A stretch of DNA of 64,000 bases from a virus (lineage: Duplodnaviria > Caudoviricetes): positions 12,498-76,497 of IMG/VR virus record IMGVR_UViG_3300043414_001288. The stretch is one strand, 5' to 3'. Every line of letters begins with the position of its first letter. Positions within the stretch are counted from its first letter, which is position 1. Shown in pieces: positions 38,104-47,770 of the stretch. Both the position numbers and the translations under genes were made by a program. Below the pieces are notes generated by a model. That model saw only the letters and a list, made by a program, of their open reading frames with translations. It searched no databases and was not told the origin of the DNA.

Positions 38104-40326
38104 TTATGGATTGGATTTTTGTGGTCCAAGAACATACCCATTAAGAGATGTATAGTTTGTTCCATTTAATGAGTATCCTGATGCTCCCCCTTGTCCAACA
38201 GGTAGAGAACCAGTAGAACCACCAGTTCCTCCAGATACATTTCCGCTAGTACCAGAGTTTCCAGTACCACCTTGACTTCCAGAATCTCCATTATTGCCAA
38301 AGTTTCCACCATTTCCACCATTTCCACCATATGCACCATGCCCACCATCTCCAGCATTTGTTCCACCAAGAGTATTGTCAGCACCAATCAAACCAGAAGA
38401 TCCAGCAGTACTGCTTTGATTATATCCTTGTCCTATTCCTCCAGCACCACCATTTCCACCATCACCTCCAGTACCTCCATTCGTATAAAATGTTTCATAA
38501 GTATAATATGAGCAATCAAATGGAATTCCAGCTCCAGTACATCCTAGAGCATTATAAGTATTACAAGCAGAAACATCACGATATGCACAAGCAATTAGTA
38601 AAGCATTACAGGTAGCAGCATCTCTATAGCAAGTTTGTCCGTGGTATGTAGCCACAACATAACTTCCACTACCACCATCACCACCTCTACCACCTTTAGT
38701 CCCACCACCGCCACCGCCACCGCCAGCAACAATAGACCCATTATTTTGTACAGATATCGAACCACCAGATCCAGGACCATCCGCACGAATTGCATTTCCG
38801 CCCTTACCACCATCTCCGCCATTTGCGGCACCGGCTGCACCACCAGCACCCTGAATAGAACCATTATTTTCTAATACAAAAGCACCAACAACTCCACCAC
38901 CAATAATAAGTGCAGCAAGACCTGTTGTAGTTGAACCAACTACAACTCCAGGATTAATAATCAATCTCTTTCTTACACTTCTTCCCCAATCTCCTCCAAA
39001 ATAATCTGCAGCATTTATGTTAGTTGTAGTTGAAGTGACATATTTTTTAATTTCTGGTTCTTCTGGTACATTTACCGTTACACTTGATGATGCTGTTTGT
39101 CCTTCTAATCCATTTACAGTAATCGTATAAGTCTGAGGACTGGTAAGATTACCTGTAGATGCATCTCCATTCAATTTCGAACCAGCAAAACTATTAGGGG
39201 TAGAACTATTAACACTTGTTGTATTATCACCAGAATTCCATCTTAAAGTCGTTGAACCATTATATGAAATATTTGTACTATCCGCACTCAACGATACACT
39301 TGGAGCTGGTGGTGGATTTATATTTACCGTAACCGATACAGGTGTTGGGTTTGATGGTGGAGAATATTTAGATGTAGCAGATGCAGTAAATGTTTTACTA
39401 CCACCTCCAGCACCTGCTTTTAGATTTCCAGTACTTCTACTTCCAGATGTATTGTACATATTTCCAATACCATCTATATAAATTGGAAGTTCGACATTTT
39501 CAGAATTCCAACTAATCGTTGATGAATTGTCGTAATCAACTGTACCTGGACTTGCACTTATACTAAGACTGACAGGATAAGATCTTGTAGTAAGAGACCA
39601 AGTATCAGATACAGTTGCAGTTACTGGACTTCCAAAAATAGATGTATCAGTCCCAGACACACTAAATGTAGTAGAAACAACCTGAGCATTTCCTCCCGCA
39701 TTCATACGCAACTGTATCTGGTCTCCATTTAGAACTTGATAATTCCCAGTTCCATAATCTCTTACTATCGTTCCGCCTCTTGTAACTTTAAATTGAGCAC
39801 TATTTCCACTAATACTTGCTGTTCCATAATCATATGTTCTTGGTGTTTGTCCAGAAGCAACATTCGACATTCCACTTAAAGTTACAATATTACTTTCTAT
39901 ATTAGTTTTTAAGTATTCAATATCAGTTTGATCAGTAAAATTAAATGCATTTGGAATACCATCTTCTGGGCGTTGCCTTGTTGTTATATTAAAAGTATCA
40001 GATTTCTTTCCAACCGTTAATGTTACAGCATAAGTTGTTTCATAATCTGGTGGACTATATCGAATTGCTACAGATTGATTTTTTCTTACATACTGTGAAG
40101 TAGAAGTATAAGACGCACCATTTACTGATATTTCAGATCCAGAACTTGGAGTTACCTTTGCCTTATAGTTAATGCCAGTAATTGCAGCAACAGTTCTTGT
40201 AATTGTTGTATTAATTGGAGCATCTGCAACATCTGCCCCAATACTAAAATCATCAGGAAGATAATCAAGATTACCTCGATAAGAATATTCAGAAATTACG
40301 CCAGTAGAACCGATAAGTGGAGACAT
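38104..40326 (-). CDS. Tail fibre adhesin with Ig-like domains and a gp38-like glycine-rich C-terminus
   Basis: 740 aa. C-terminal NINAADYFG..RLIINPGVVVGSTT...LENNGSIQGAGGAAG followed by poly-Gly blocks, resembling T-even gp38 adhesin. Confidence 0.65.
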   Translation of the reverse strand: MSPLIGSTGVISEYSYRGNLDYLPDDFSIGADVADAPINTTITRTVAAITGINYKAKVTPSSGSEISVNGASYTSTSQYVRKNQSVAIRYSPPDYETTYAVTLTVGKKSDTFNITTRQRPEDGIPNAFNFTDQTDIEYLKTNIESNIVTLSGMSNVASGQTPRTYDYGTASISGNSAQFKVTRGGTIVRDYGTGNYQVLNGDQIQLRMNAGGNAQVVSTTFSVSGTDTSIFGSPVTATVSDTWSLTTRSYPVSLSISASPGTVDYDNSSTISWNSENVELPIYIDGIGNMYNTSGSRSTGNLKAGAGGGSKTFTASATSKYSPPSNPTPVSVTVNINPPPAPSVSLSADSTNISYNGSTTLRWNSGDNTTSVNSSTPNSFAGSKLNGDASTGNLTSPQTYTITVNGLEGQTASSSVTVNVPEEPEIKKYVTSTTTNINAADYFGGDWGRSVRKRLIINPGVVVGSTTTGLAALIIGGGVVGAFVLENNGSIQGAGGAAGAANGGDGGKGGNAIRADGPGSGGSISVQNNGSIVAGGGGGGGGTKGGRGGDGGSGSYVVATYHGQTCYRDAATCNALLIACAYRDVSACNTYNALGCTGAGIPFDCSYYTYETFYTNGGTGGDGGNGGAGGIGQGYNQSSTAGSSGLIGADNTLGGTNAGDGGHGAYGGNGGNGGNFGNNGDSGSQGGTGNSGTSGNVSGGTGGSTGSLPVGQGGASGYSLNGTNYTSLNGYVLGPQKSNP

Positions 40327-40328
40327 TT

Positions 40329-43300
40329 TTACTTATATTGTGATTGTGAAGCAAATACTGAATATGCAGCAGAACCTGTTTTTATAATTACATAAGTGTA
40401 CAAATCTACACTACTTACATTTCCACCAACTGGAAGAACTTCACCATACCATTTTGGAGTTACAGAACTTCCATCAATTGTGATTGCTGTATTATAATAT
40501 GCAGTTGTTCCTTGTGTCGCAAGAATAGCAACAGTAATGGACTCACCGGTTGTGAGGAAATTATTTAAAGGAGTACCCCCATTTCCACGGAAATTAAGTG
40601 TCCAAGTTCCAGTTGTATCTGAAGTAAAATAATGAACATTATTTGTAATCAAATCAATATTTACAGATCCACTAAGTGGTGTAGCATTTAAACTTACACC
40701 TTCAGTCATTCCAACAACTTTTAATGAAGAAGTAATTCTATTTGCCGTAAAGTTTCCAGAGGCATCACGAGCAACAATTGTTGATGAAGTATTTGCATCT
40801 GTAGCGTCAACATTTATTTGTCTTGCTGTTCCACCTGTATAAGCAGAACCAACAGCAAAAGATAAATGAGTACCTAGAGTTAAATCTGCAAGAGTATTTC
40901 CAAGAGAAATACCAGAAATCGTAGGAGTTGCTAGATTTGCATTTGTAATTCCAGCAGTTCCAGAAAGATTTGCATTTGTCAATCCACTAATCGTATTATA
41001 AGTAGTAGAAATTGTTTTATTTTTAAATATATCTGAAGTTTCTTTTGCAACTAATGTATCAGTTGTAGCAGGTAATGTAAGAATACCAGAAGCAACAGCA
41101 GATGCTCTTACTGTTGTAATTCCAGAAGTAGAACCAGTAAATCCTGCACCTATAGTACCACCAAATGTTGCTGTTGTAATTCCTGTTGCTGTTAAATTTC
41201 GAGATTGAATATCACCACTAATGGTAACATTACCATTAGAAGTTAGATTTCCGACATCTAATGTTCCAGCAAATGTAGAAATTCCACCATAAGTTGATTT
41301 AAATAATCCATCTAAAGTCACTTTTACTGATGAAATAAATGTAGCTGCAATACCAGTAACTTCTAAATTATAAAGTTGCGAAATTCCTTGTGTGTGTTTT
41401 TGTGTATAAGAAGATGTTATACCACCACCAGGAGGTGGTGTTCCGGGAAATGTTGCAGTTCCATAAATGTTAATGCCATCAAATGAAAGGTTTGAAAATG
41501 TTTGTTGTGCAGGAAAGGTTATACTTTCAGTAACAACAATAGATTTAAACTTTGAAGTTCCATTTACTTCTAATGGATTTGTTCCATCAAAAGTTGTAGT
41601 AGTTTGACCAATACCCAACTTATCAATTCGAATATATGTACTATTTGTTTCTCTACTAACTAATCCAAATCGTTTCCAATCTCCATCTGCATAAGTATAT
41701 CCCAAATATCCACCAGTTTGAGGAGTAGCAAGTAATGAAATATCACCAGAACGAACACCAGGAATATCAGAAGAAGTTGGTGTAGAAATTCCAACTGTAA
41801 TTAACTTTGCTTGTGCTGTAGAACCTTTAACAAATAAATTCTTTACTTCAAGACCAGCATTAGATGTACTTGTTACTTTTTGTGTAAAATTAACTGGACC
41901 ATAGAATTGTGATGTTTGATTGTTATTTTCTCCACCTTCAATCGTAAGCCTATCTCTTACAACCAAGTCATCAAACACACCACTCAATCTCTTTGTACTA
42001 TCAGTATTTGCGTCATCTCCAGTATATGTAAATACTGGAGCATCAAATACTTCCTCTTCACCAGTTACAGAAGTAAGTTTTTTTGCACCAGAATAAAATT
42101 CGCCAAGGTCGTTCATTCCAGAATAAACAATAGTTCCACCATCCTGCTCTCTTGCCTGGGAAACAATTATTTCATCTGTGGAAAGAATTCTATCTTGCTT
42201 TTGAGGCATACCAGTTGAATAGTTTCCTGGACCATATCCAAGATATTCGAAAGTATGACCAGAAGCACGAAGATATGATGGACGGTGAAATTGAATTGGT
42301 ATTACACGAACTTTTTTTACAAGTGTTCCATTATCTGCCGGTGCAGATACTGTACCCAGTTGTCCTCTAAGAACTGTCGTACAAGCATCATTTGCAATAC
42401 GAAGAATTTCTGAATTTATTTGTATAAAATCACCCTTTCTAAATCCACCAACACTTGTAATACTAATTGATGTCGATGAAGATGTTAGAGCACTTGAAAG
42501 TGTAGTACTTATTCCAGCATAGATATAAGAAATTCTTCCTCCAAGATTTAATTCACCTTCTCCAATTGCAAGAGCATTTGCCGAAAATTCTTGTCTTAAT
42601 ACAGAACCACCACCAGTATATGTTTTTGTTGCTGAAACCTTTCCAACATTAAATGTAAATGTCGTTAAACCAACAACCTGATTTACTACAAATGAACTAT
42701 CGTAGATAGTATGACCAGTTCCAGTAATTGTAAACTTATTTCCTACAAGTAATCCATGAGAATTTGAAGTTGTAACTGTTGCAATTCCTGTCTGAACACT
42801 TGAGAAATCTAATGAAGTAATTGTATTTCCTTTCGCAGTAACTGCTATAATTGGAACTAAACTATCAGTTCTATTAATAAATTGTCCGACATTATTTGAA
42901 TTATAAACAGTAATCGATTTTGGTCCAGGAATACCAGTAATTTTAAATGTTCCATTATACTTATCACTCGAAACACCAATCACTTGAACTGCATCACCAA
43001 TATTGCTATTAATTGCAGTAACTTGTACTGTTGCAAGTGATGTTCCACCAACAACACTCATCGTATTTCCTACACCATAAGCACTACCACCATCAACAAT
43101 ACTTATGACATTTACAGAACCAGCACTAAGAGTTGCTTTTACTGCTGCACCAGTTCCAGCAGTAGTTCCAGGAACAAGAGAAGCTGAATAAAGTGTAGTT
43201 GAACCATATCCAGAACCACCAGAAGTAAGGCTCAATGTTTTGATTGAATTTAAGTTATGTTCCCTATCAGTATAAAATGTAATATCAGTTCCACTTACGG

Positions 43301-46300
43301 AAGCACCAGTAATTCCAAAACCAATTGTATTTTCTAATATAAAAGAATTTAGTGCTTCTTTTGTGACAGAATTTCTTTTATCGTTAGATGTAATTTTTCC
43401 AAGTGGATCTACATTAGCATATGATATTGTTGCGTCTGGATCTGAATTATAATTATCTCTATCCATTTGTGGATAAAGATTACGAACATCTTGATTATAA
43501 TTCTTTAAACTAATTCCATAACCAACATTTGCAAGTGCTGGAGACACATTTGATGTCATCACAGTCAAATGATAAATTCCATCTTGTCCAGTTGTTGCAG
43601 AACCAGGAATATGTTGTCGGATTTCATCAATTCTGTAAATAAAATAAGAATCTTTATATCTTTCTCTACTTACAGTTGGTAATGCATTTACTTGTTGAGA
43701 TGTGTCTCTTTGATTTATATTATTAGTAAATGTGCCTGGATCTATAGAAATATCAGAAATAGTAAAAGTTTTAGAACTTGGAATAGATGCAATATTAAAA
43801 GAACCATTAAAAACAGAAGATGCCGCACCAGAAATATTATTTGTACTTGTAACATTCTGTATTTTTACAGTATCTCCTATAATAAAATTATGTGGAAGTT
43901 CAGTTGTAATTGTAATTACATTTCCGCCATAAGATGCATTTGTAATAATTTTTGGATTTTTAAGTTGAATTGAGTTTGAAATATCCCCAGAAATAACTCC
44001 AGGACTATCAATTGTTGTTGTACTTGATTCTTGAATAATAAATCCAGCAACAGGAGGACGAGCATTTGTTGCTTCTTTTGGAATTACATATCTAAGCTTA
44101 TAAATACGATCTGTCAAAGAACGATTATCAAGTTTTCTTTTGATAAATGTAGTACTTGTTTCATCACCTAACGCAGTTGTTCCAAGTCCTACGATAGCCG
44201 TATAAATTTGATTTGTAGCATCTAAAGAACTATTAATATACCAACTACCTTGTACTGAATCATACTGAACTGGATGTGCCAATTCTCCAGGTTGTTTATC
44301 TATCGCAGAACTTATAACTGTAAGATTTCCACCAAGATTATTAACTCCGGTTATTGTTCTTGGAGTTGCTGCAATTGCATCACTATATGTTGGTGATAAT
44401 TTAATCTTATTTGAAGATGAATTATACACATAATAAACTTTATTTAATTCAATATTACTTGGTGATTCGGCATTATCACTAAATATTCTAACTTTTTCTC
44501 CATTATAAAATTTATGATCTACCGTTAATGTGAAAGTATCATTAGTAATACTATTAATGCCAGCAGTTCTTCCAACCTTGGAAATTTTATTTGCACTAAA
44601 GGTAGTTCCATCCGGTGATTGCATCAAAATTGGAGCACTATAAGAAGTAAGTGCTGTTCCAGCAGTTACAGTTAAATATAATGAATCGTTTTGTCTTGCA
44701 CCAATTCTATAACTATCCACTTGGTGTGGAGGAATAATATCTTTATTTTTATAAGAATAAAGATAAAGTCGAGAAGGATTTGCATTATTAATTATTTGAT
44801 TTGTATCTAATGACAACCAACCAACTTCTGTCTCATCTGTAGTAATTTCTCTTGGAGGAATAATGTGTGTAACATATCCAGAATTATCCCTATCAAACGA
44901 TTCTTTACGAAAACCAATTGATTCTAATGAAACTGCACCAAAGTTGGAATTTGAATTAGTGATAGACATATCTCCACCACTTTCTGCAACAAAGTGTCTT
45001 GCAAAACCAATCGCAAAAATCGAAACACACTGAATAAAAGCACCATTAGTTACTTTAATGTGATAGTTTTCATACGATGGTTTATAAATCGAACCAGAAT
45101 AAGTATGTAATGGTGAATTTGAAGATTCATCATTATTTTTAAATGATTTGCTTGTCGCATTATAATCAATAAAAGCATTATCATCTTTTTGAAGTGAAAT
45201 GCCGGTAAATTGAGAAACAACCATAGATTTAAATCCGGTTGCTCTATTTCCATCAGCAAACATTCCACATAATCCATAAACAGATCTTAAGGAACAATTG
45301 AAAATATAAGGGGAAGCAGAGGATACACTATCTGCTTCTACAATAACTTGAGAATTTTGTATTTGAACGTCAGAAGGAAGAGCAACTACAGGAGTACTTA
45401 TTGAACTATAAGTAAAAGTAGTAAGTCCTACAACTTCTCTAACTGTAAAAGATCCATTATAAGAAGTTGTATCGATACCAACTCCACTAACAAGAATTGG
45501 AGTATCAACATAAAGTCCATGATTTCTATTTGTAGTTACTGTAATTATTGGAGATGGAGCATTTCCATCTCCAGAAAAAATACTTGTAATTCCAAGAGAA
45601 TTTGCGTTTAAATTTCCAACAATTCGATATTCATCAACAGATGGTTCAAAATCTACACCAGTTGGATAATCAGCAAGAGGTCTTCCAGATGCAGTACCAT
45701 AAACTAATGATATTTTATTATAATACATCTGAAGATCTGTTAGACCAGTTTCAGTAGTTCCTAATTTAACTTGATTAATACCATCAGCATAAACAAATGA
45801 TGTTAATTTATGATGAGAAAAGTTTGGAACATGAGAAGTATTATTATAATTTTTATAAACACTTCGATTTGGATCTGCATCTAAAAATGTAAAGGCAGTA
45901 AAGTAACAAGTACCAGTTACATTAAAAATAGATGAATTTACAATATAATCATCTAAAGGATCTGGGACATAAAGCGGGCGAATTTTTGTCTTTCTTAAAT
46001 CTAAACCAATAATAGATGTGCCACGGGGCATAATAACCCCACCATCTACTGAATTTAGTTTATATAAATCATTATTAATATCATTCAAATCGGTATTATA
46101 AGAAGAACCTAATTCTGTAATTGTTGCTCCAGAGGTAGTCCAAGTTGCTCCAGAACCTGATCCTGTTCTTTTCTTTAATGTTGCCGAGGTATTAATTGAA
46201 AAACCAGGACGATTATCAATATAATGTGTGCCTGGATATACAAGAATTGTTGTTCTATCGATCTTATCGTTATTTCTTCCTACTTGATATGAAAATCTTG

Positions 46301-46457
46301 CTGCTTCCAGCAAAGCTCTTTGTATAGTTTTATATGGACGAGCTAGAGAATTTCCCTTATTCTCATAACTATCCGTAGAGTCAAAATCCGAAGGGCTAAC
46401 ATAAAGAATATTTCCTTCAGCATTCTTTAAAAAATTCTCTAACCTTGATAATGGCAT
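40329..46457 (-). CDS. Large virion structural/tailspike-like protein
   Basis: 2042 aa. MPLSRLENFLKN..ILYV..PYKTIQRALLEAARFSY..GTSIIGLDLRKTKIRP start typical of cyanomyovirus structural proteins. ASGHTFEY C-module. TCTAAATA at 46486-46493. Confidence 0.7.
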   Translation of the reverse strand: MPLSRLENFLKNAEGNILYVSPSDFDSTDSYENKGNSLARPYKTIQRALLEAARFSYQVGRNNDKIDRTTILVYPGTHYIDNRPGFSINTSATLKKRTGSGSGATWTTSGATITELGSSYNTDLNDINNDLYKLNSVDGGVIMPRGTSIIGLDLRKTKIRPLYVPDPLDDYIVNSSIFNVTGTCYFTAFTFLDADPNRSVYKNYNNTSHVPNFSHHKLTSFVYADGINQVKLGTTETGLTDLQMYYNKISLVYGTASGRPLADYPTGVDFEPSVDEYRIVGNLNANSLGITSIFSGDGNAPSPIITVTTNRNHGLYVDTPILVSGVGIDTTSYNGSFTVREVVGLTTFTYSSISTPVVALPSDVQIQNSQVIVEADSVSSASPYIFNCSLRSVYGLCGMFADGNRATGFKSMVVSQFTGISLQKDDNAFIDYNATSKSFKNNDESSNSPLHTYSGSIYKPSYENYHIKVTNGAFIQCVSIFAIGFARHFVAESGGDMSITNSNSNFGAVSLESIGFRKESFDRDNSGYVTHIIPPREITTDETEVGWLSLDTNQIINNANPSRLYLYSYKNKDIIPPHQVDSYRIGARQNDSLYLTVTAGTALTSYSAPILMQSPDGTTFSANKISKVGRTAGINSITNDTFTLTVDHKFYNGEKVRIFSDNAESPSNIELNKVYYVYNSSSNKIKLSPTYSDAIAATPRTITGVNNLGGNLTVISSAIDKQPGELAHPVQYDSVQGSWYINSSLDATNQIYTAIVGLGTTALGDETSTTFIKRKLDNRSLTDRIYKLRYVIPKEATNARPPVAGFIIQESSTTTIDSPGVISGDISNSIQLKNPKIITNASYGGNVITITTELPHNFIIGDTVKIQNVTSTNNISGAASSVFNGSFNIASIPSSKTFTISDISIDPGTFTNNINQRDTSQQVNALPTVSRERYKDSYFIYRIDEIRQHIPGSATTGQDGIYHLTVMTSNVSPALANVGYGISLKNYNQDVRNLYPQMDRDNYNSDPDATISYANVDPLGKITSNDKRNSVTKEALNSFILENTIGFGITGASVSGTDITFYTDREHNLNSIKTLSLTSGGSGYGSTTLYSASLVPGTTAGTGAAVKATLSAGSVNVISIVDGGSAYGVGNTMSVVGGTSLATVQVTAINSNIGDAVQVIGVSSDKYNGTFKITGIPGPKSITVYNSNNVGQFINRTDSLVPIIAVTAKGNTITSLDFSSVQTGIATVTTSNSHGLLVGNKFTITGTGHTIYDSSFVVNQVVGLTTFTFNVGKVSATKTYTGGGSVLRQEFSANALAIGEGELNLGGRISYIYAGISTTLSSALTSSSTSISITSVGGFRKGDFIQINSEILRIANDACTTVLRGQLGTVSAPADNGTLVKKVRVIPIQFHRPSYLRASGHTFEYLGYGPGNYSTGMPQKQDRILSTDEIIVSQAREQDGGTIVYSGMNDLGEFYSGAKKLTSVTGEEEVFDAPVFTYTGDDANTDSTKRLSGVFDDLVVRDRLTIEGGENNNQTSQFYGPVNFTQKVTSTSNAGLEVKNLFVKGSTAQAKLITVGISTPTSSDIPGVRSGDISLLATPQTGGYLGYTYADGDWKRFGLVSRETNSTYIRIDKLGIGQTTTTFDGTNPLEVNGTSKFKSIVVTESITFPAQQTFSNLSFDGINIYGTATFPGTPPPGGGITSSYTQKHTQGISQLYNLEVTGIAATFISSVKVTLDGLFKSTYGGISTFAGTLDVGNLTSNGNVTISGDIQSRNLTATGITTATFGGTIGAGFTGSTSGITTVRASAVASGILTLPATTDTLVAKETSDIFKNKTISTTYNTISGLTNANLSGTAGITNANLATPTISGISLGNTLADLTLGTHLSFAVGSAYTGGTARQINVDATDANTSSTIVARDASGNFTANRITSSLKVVGMTEGVSLNATPLSGSVNIDLITNNVHYFTSDTTGTWTLNFRGNGGTPLNNFLTTGESITVAILATQGTTAYYNTAITIDGSSVTPKWYGEVLPVGGNVSSVDLYTYVIIKTGSAAYSVFASQSQYK

Positions 46458-46506
46458 TTTATAAGCACAGATATTTCTTCTGTCTTATTTAGACACTATT
46501 TTTTTA

Positions 46507-46579
46507 TACCCGTGGTCGGATTCGAACCGACCCTGGAAGGATTTTAAGTCCTCTGTCTCTGCCGCTGGACTACACGGGC
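46507..46579 (-). tRNA. trnL: tRNA-Leu (anticodon UAA), 73 nt, short variable loop, no encoded CCA
   Basis: GCCCGTG TA GTC CAGCGGCAGA GAC A GAGGA CTTAAAA TCCTT CCAGG GTCGG TTCGAAT CCGAC CACGGGT A. Full cloverleaf, discriminator A73. Confidence 0.92.
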
Positions 46580-46582
46580 ATA

Positions 46583-46603
46583 CAATAGAACCTAAAAGGT
46601 TCT
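46583..46603. other. Perfect inverted repeat in the tRNA 5' leader
   Basis: ATAGAACCT-TTT-AGGTTCTAT read on the minus strand, a few nt before tRNA position 1. Ends approximate. Confidence 0.6.
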
Positions 46604-46643
46604 ATGCACACGGAAGGGGTTTGGTAAGTATCTCACCTCATTT

Positions 46644-46672
46644 ATAATATCCCAAAAACACAAATCCGTCAA
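46644..46672 (-). promoter_or_regulatory. sigma70-type promoter for the tRNA (TTGACG-N17-TATTAT)
   Basis: -35 at 46672-46667, -10 at 46649-46644. Confidence 0.7.
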
Positions 46673-46851
46673 GCAACAAGTTCACCACGAAGTTCAGCAA
46701 GTTTTGCAGTTGCAAGTGCTTCTACACAAGTCCAATAAAGTTCTCCACTTACTATATTTTCGTCTGCAAAATGTTCTGCTACATCTTCTTGAAGTTGTTG
46801 AAGTTCGGTCAAAGCGTTTCGGGTAATCATCATAAGTGGTTCGTTGTTCAT
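46669..46851 (-). CDS. Small hypothetical early protein (MNNEPL...), probably leaderless; true start 46851 rather than 46920
   Basis: 60 aa. The promoter at 46861-46889 lies inside the longer ORF-track call and puts the TSS a few nt before ATG 46851. Confidence 0.65.
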   Translation of the reverse strand: MNNEPLMMITRNALTELQQLQEDVAEHFADENIVSGELYWTCVEALATAKLAELRGELVA

Positions 46852-46860
46852 CACCCGTAT

Positions 46861-46889
46861 ATCATAGCACGGATTTGGAGTCCTGTCAA
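46861..46889 (-). promoter_or_regulatory. sigma70-type promoter TTGACA-N17-TATGAT
   Basis: -35 at 46889-46884, -10 at 46866-46861. Confidence 0.8.
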
Positions 46890-46904
46890 GAGGCATGTCA
46901 AGTG

Positions 46905-46933
46905 TTGACAAAGTTCTCAAATGTTCCTAAAAT
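46905..46933 (+). promoter_or_regulatory. Divergent plus-strand sigma70-type promoter TTGACA-N17-TAAAAT
   Basis: -35 at 46905-46910, -10 at 46928-46933. No plus-strand ORF follows. Confidence 0.65.
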
Positions 46934-46985
46934 CACTCTGTTGGGTTTGAAGATAACTTGTATCTTAATTACTTAAAAGAATATA

Positions 46986-47768
46986 TTATTCAAATATTTT
47001 ATCAATTAACCATTGAGGACATTCTGGAATATCATTCATGTCTCCCACAAGTTCATGGTTATAATTTATTCCATTAAACATATGTAATGTATCAATATTA
47101 CTTTGAATTCCATTAGCAGAAGTTCCACTAATCCAAATTTTAACATCACCTATAATTATTCTTCTAATATTAGAAGAATTTAATTGAGAATATAAACTTG
47201 TTGGTTTTTTAAAATATAAATGAATACTGCATCTATCAGTTGATTTATCAATTCTTTTAAATTTACAATAATTTAAAATATTTGGATCAATATTTGAAAT
47301 AGAATTTAATTGAGTACCAAAATCAATATCCAATACTATCAAATTAGTGTTATTAGTTATTATTCCATATCCACAAGTAAATCTTATAGAATTGTAATGT
47401 ATAAATTTTGGATAATTGTTAGTTAAAATATCTGAATCTGTATATGGAGTATCATCTAAAGATTTTGCAAAAAAATAGTCCCAGTTAGAATCTTTAAAAA
47501 CAAATAAATTATCTATTAATTCTGATTTTTTAAATCTATATGGAATAATATAATTTGAATCTGTAGGATCAACTTTACCCAAATATGAATTTTTATGATA
47601 ACCATCTGCTAAAAAATAATCATAATTATCAGAAAGTTTTTCTATCGTAGAAATTACTTTTGATTTATATTCAATATATTTTTGATCAGATTCCAATATA
47701 GAAATCTGATCATTGTAGTAAGAAAAATCAGTAGCATATTTATAATAATCTATTAAATAATTTTTCAT
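46986..47768 (-). CDS. Stand-alone Prim-Pol (AEP superfamily)-like protein
   Basis: 260 aa. GIITNNTNLIVLDID (motif I DxD), SIHLYFKKP (motif II H), IGDVKI (motif III) and C-terminal DIPECPQWLIDKI typical of Prim-Pol domain ends. Visibly AT-richer than flanks. Confidence 0.5.
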   Translation of the reverse strand: MKNYLIDYYKYATDFSYYNDQISILESDQKYIEYKSKVISTIEKLSDNYDYFLADGYHKNSYLGKVDPTDSNYIIPYRFKKSELIDNLFVFKDSNWDYFFAKSLDDTPYTDSDILTNNYPKFIHYNSIRFTCGYGIITNNTNLIVLDIDFGTQLNSISNIDPNILNYCKFKRIDKSTDRCSIHLYFKKPTSLYSQLNSSNIRRIIIGDVKIWISGTSANGIQSNIDTLHMFNGINYNHELVGDMNDIPECPQWLIDKIFE

Positions 47769-47770
47769 AT

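Noticed and set aside
46507-46579. Group I intron in trnL(UAA) as in cyanobacteria
   Set aside because: The anticodon loop is contiguous and the gene is only 73 nt.
46669-46920. 83-aa ORF starting at 46920
   Set aside because: The first 23 codons overlap the -35/-10 promoter boxes. ATG 46851 just downstream of the -10 box is the more plausible start.
46500-47770. Prophage/island integration site at the tRNA
   Set aside because: No integrase, and I found no duplicated tRNA 3' end flanking the AT-rich gene.
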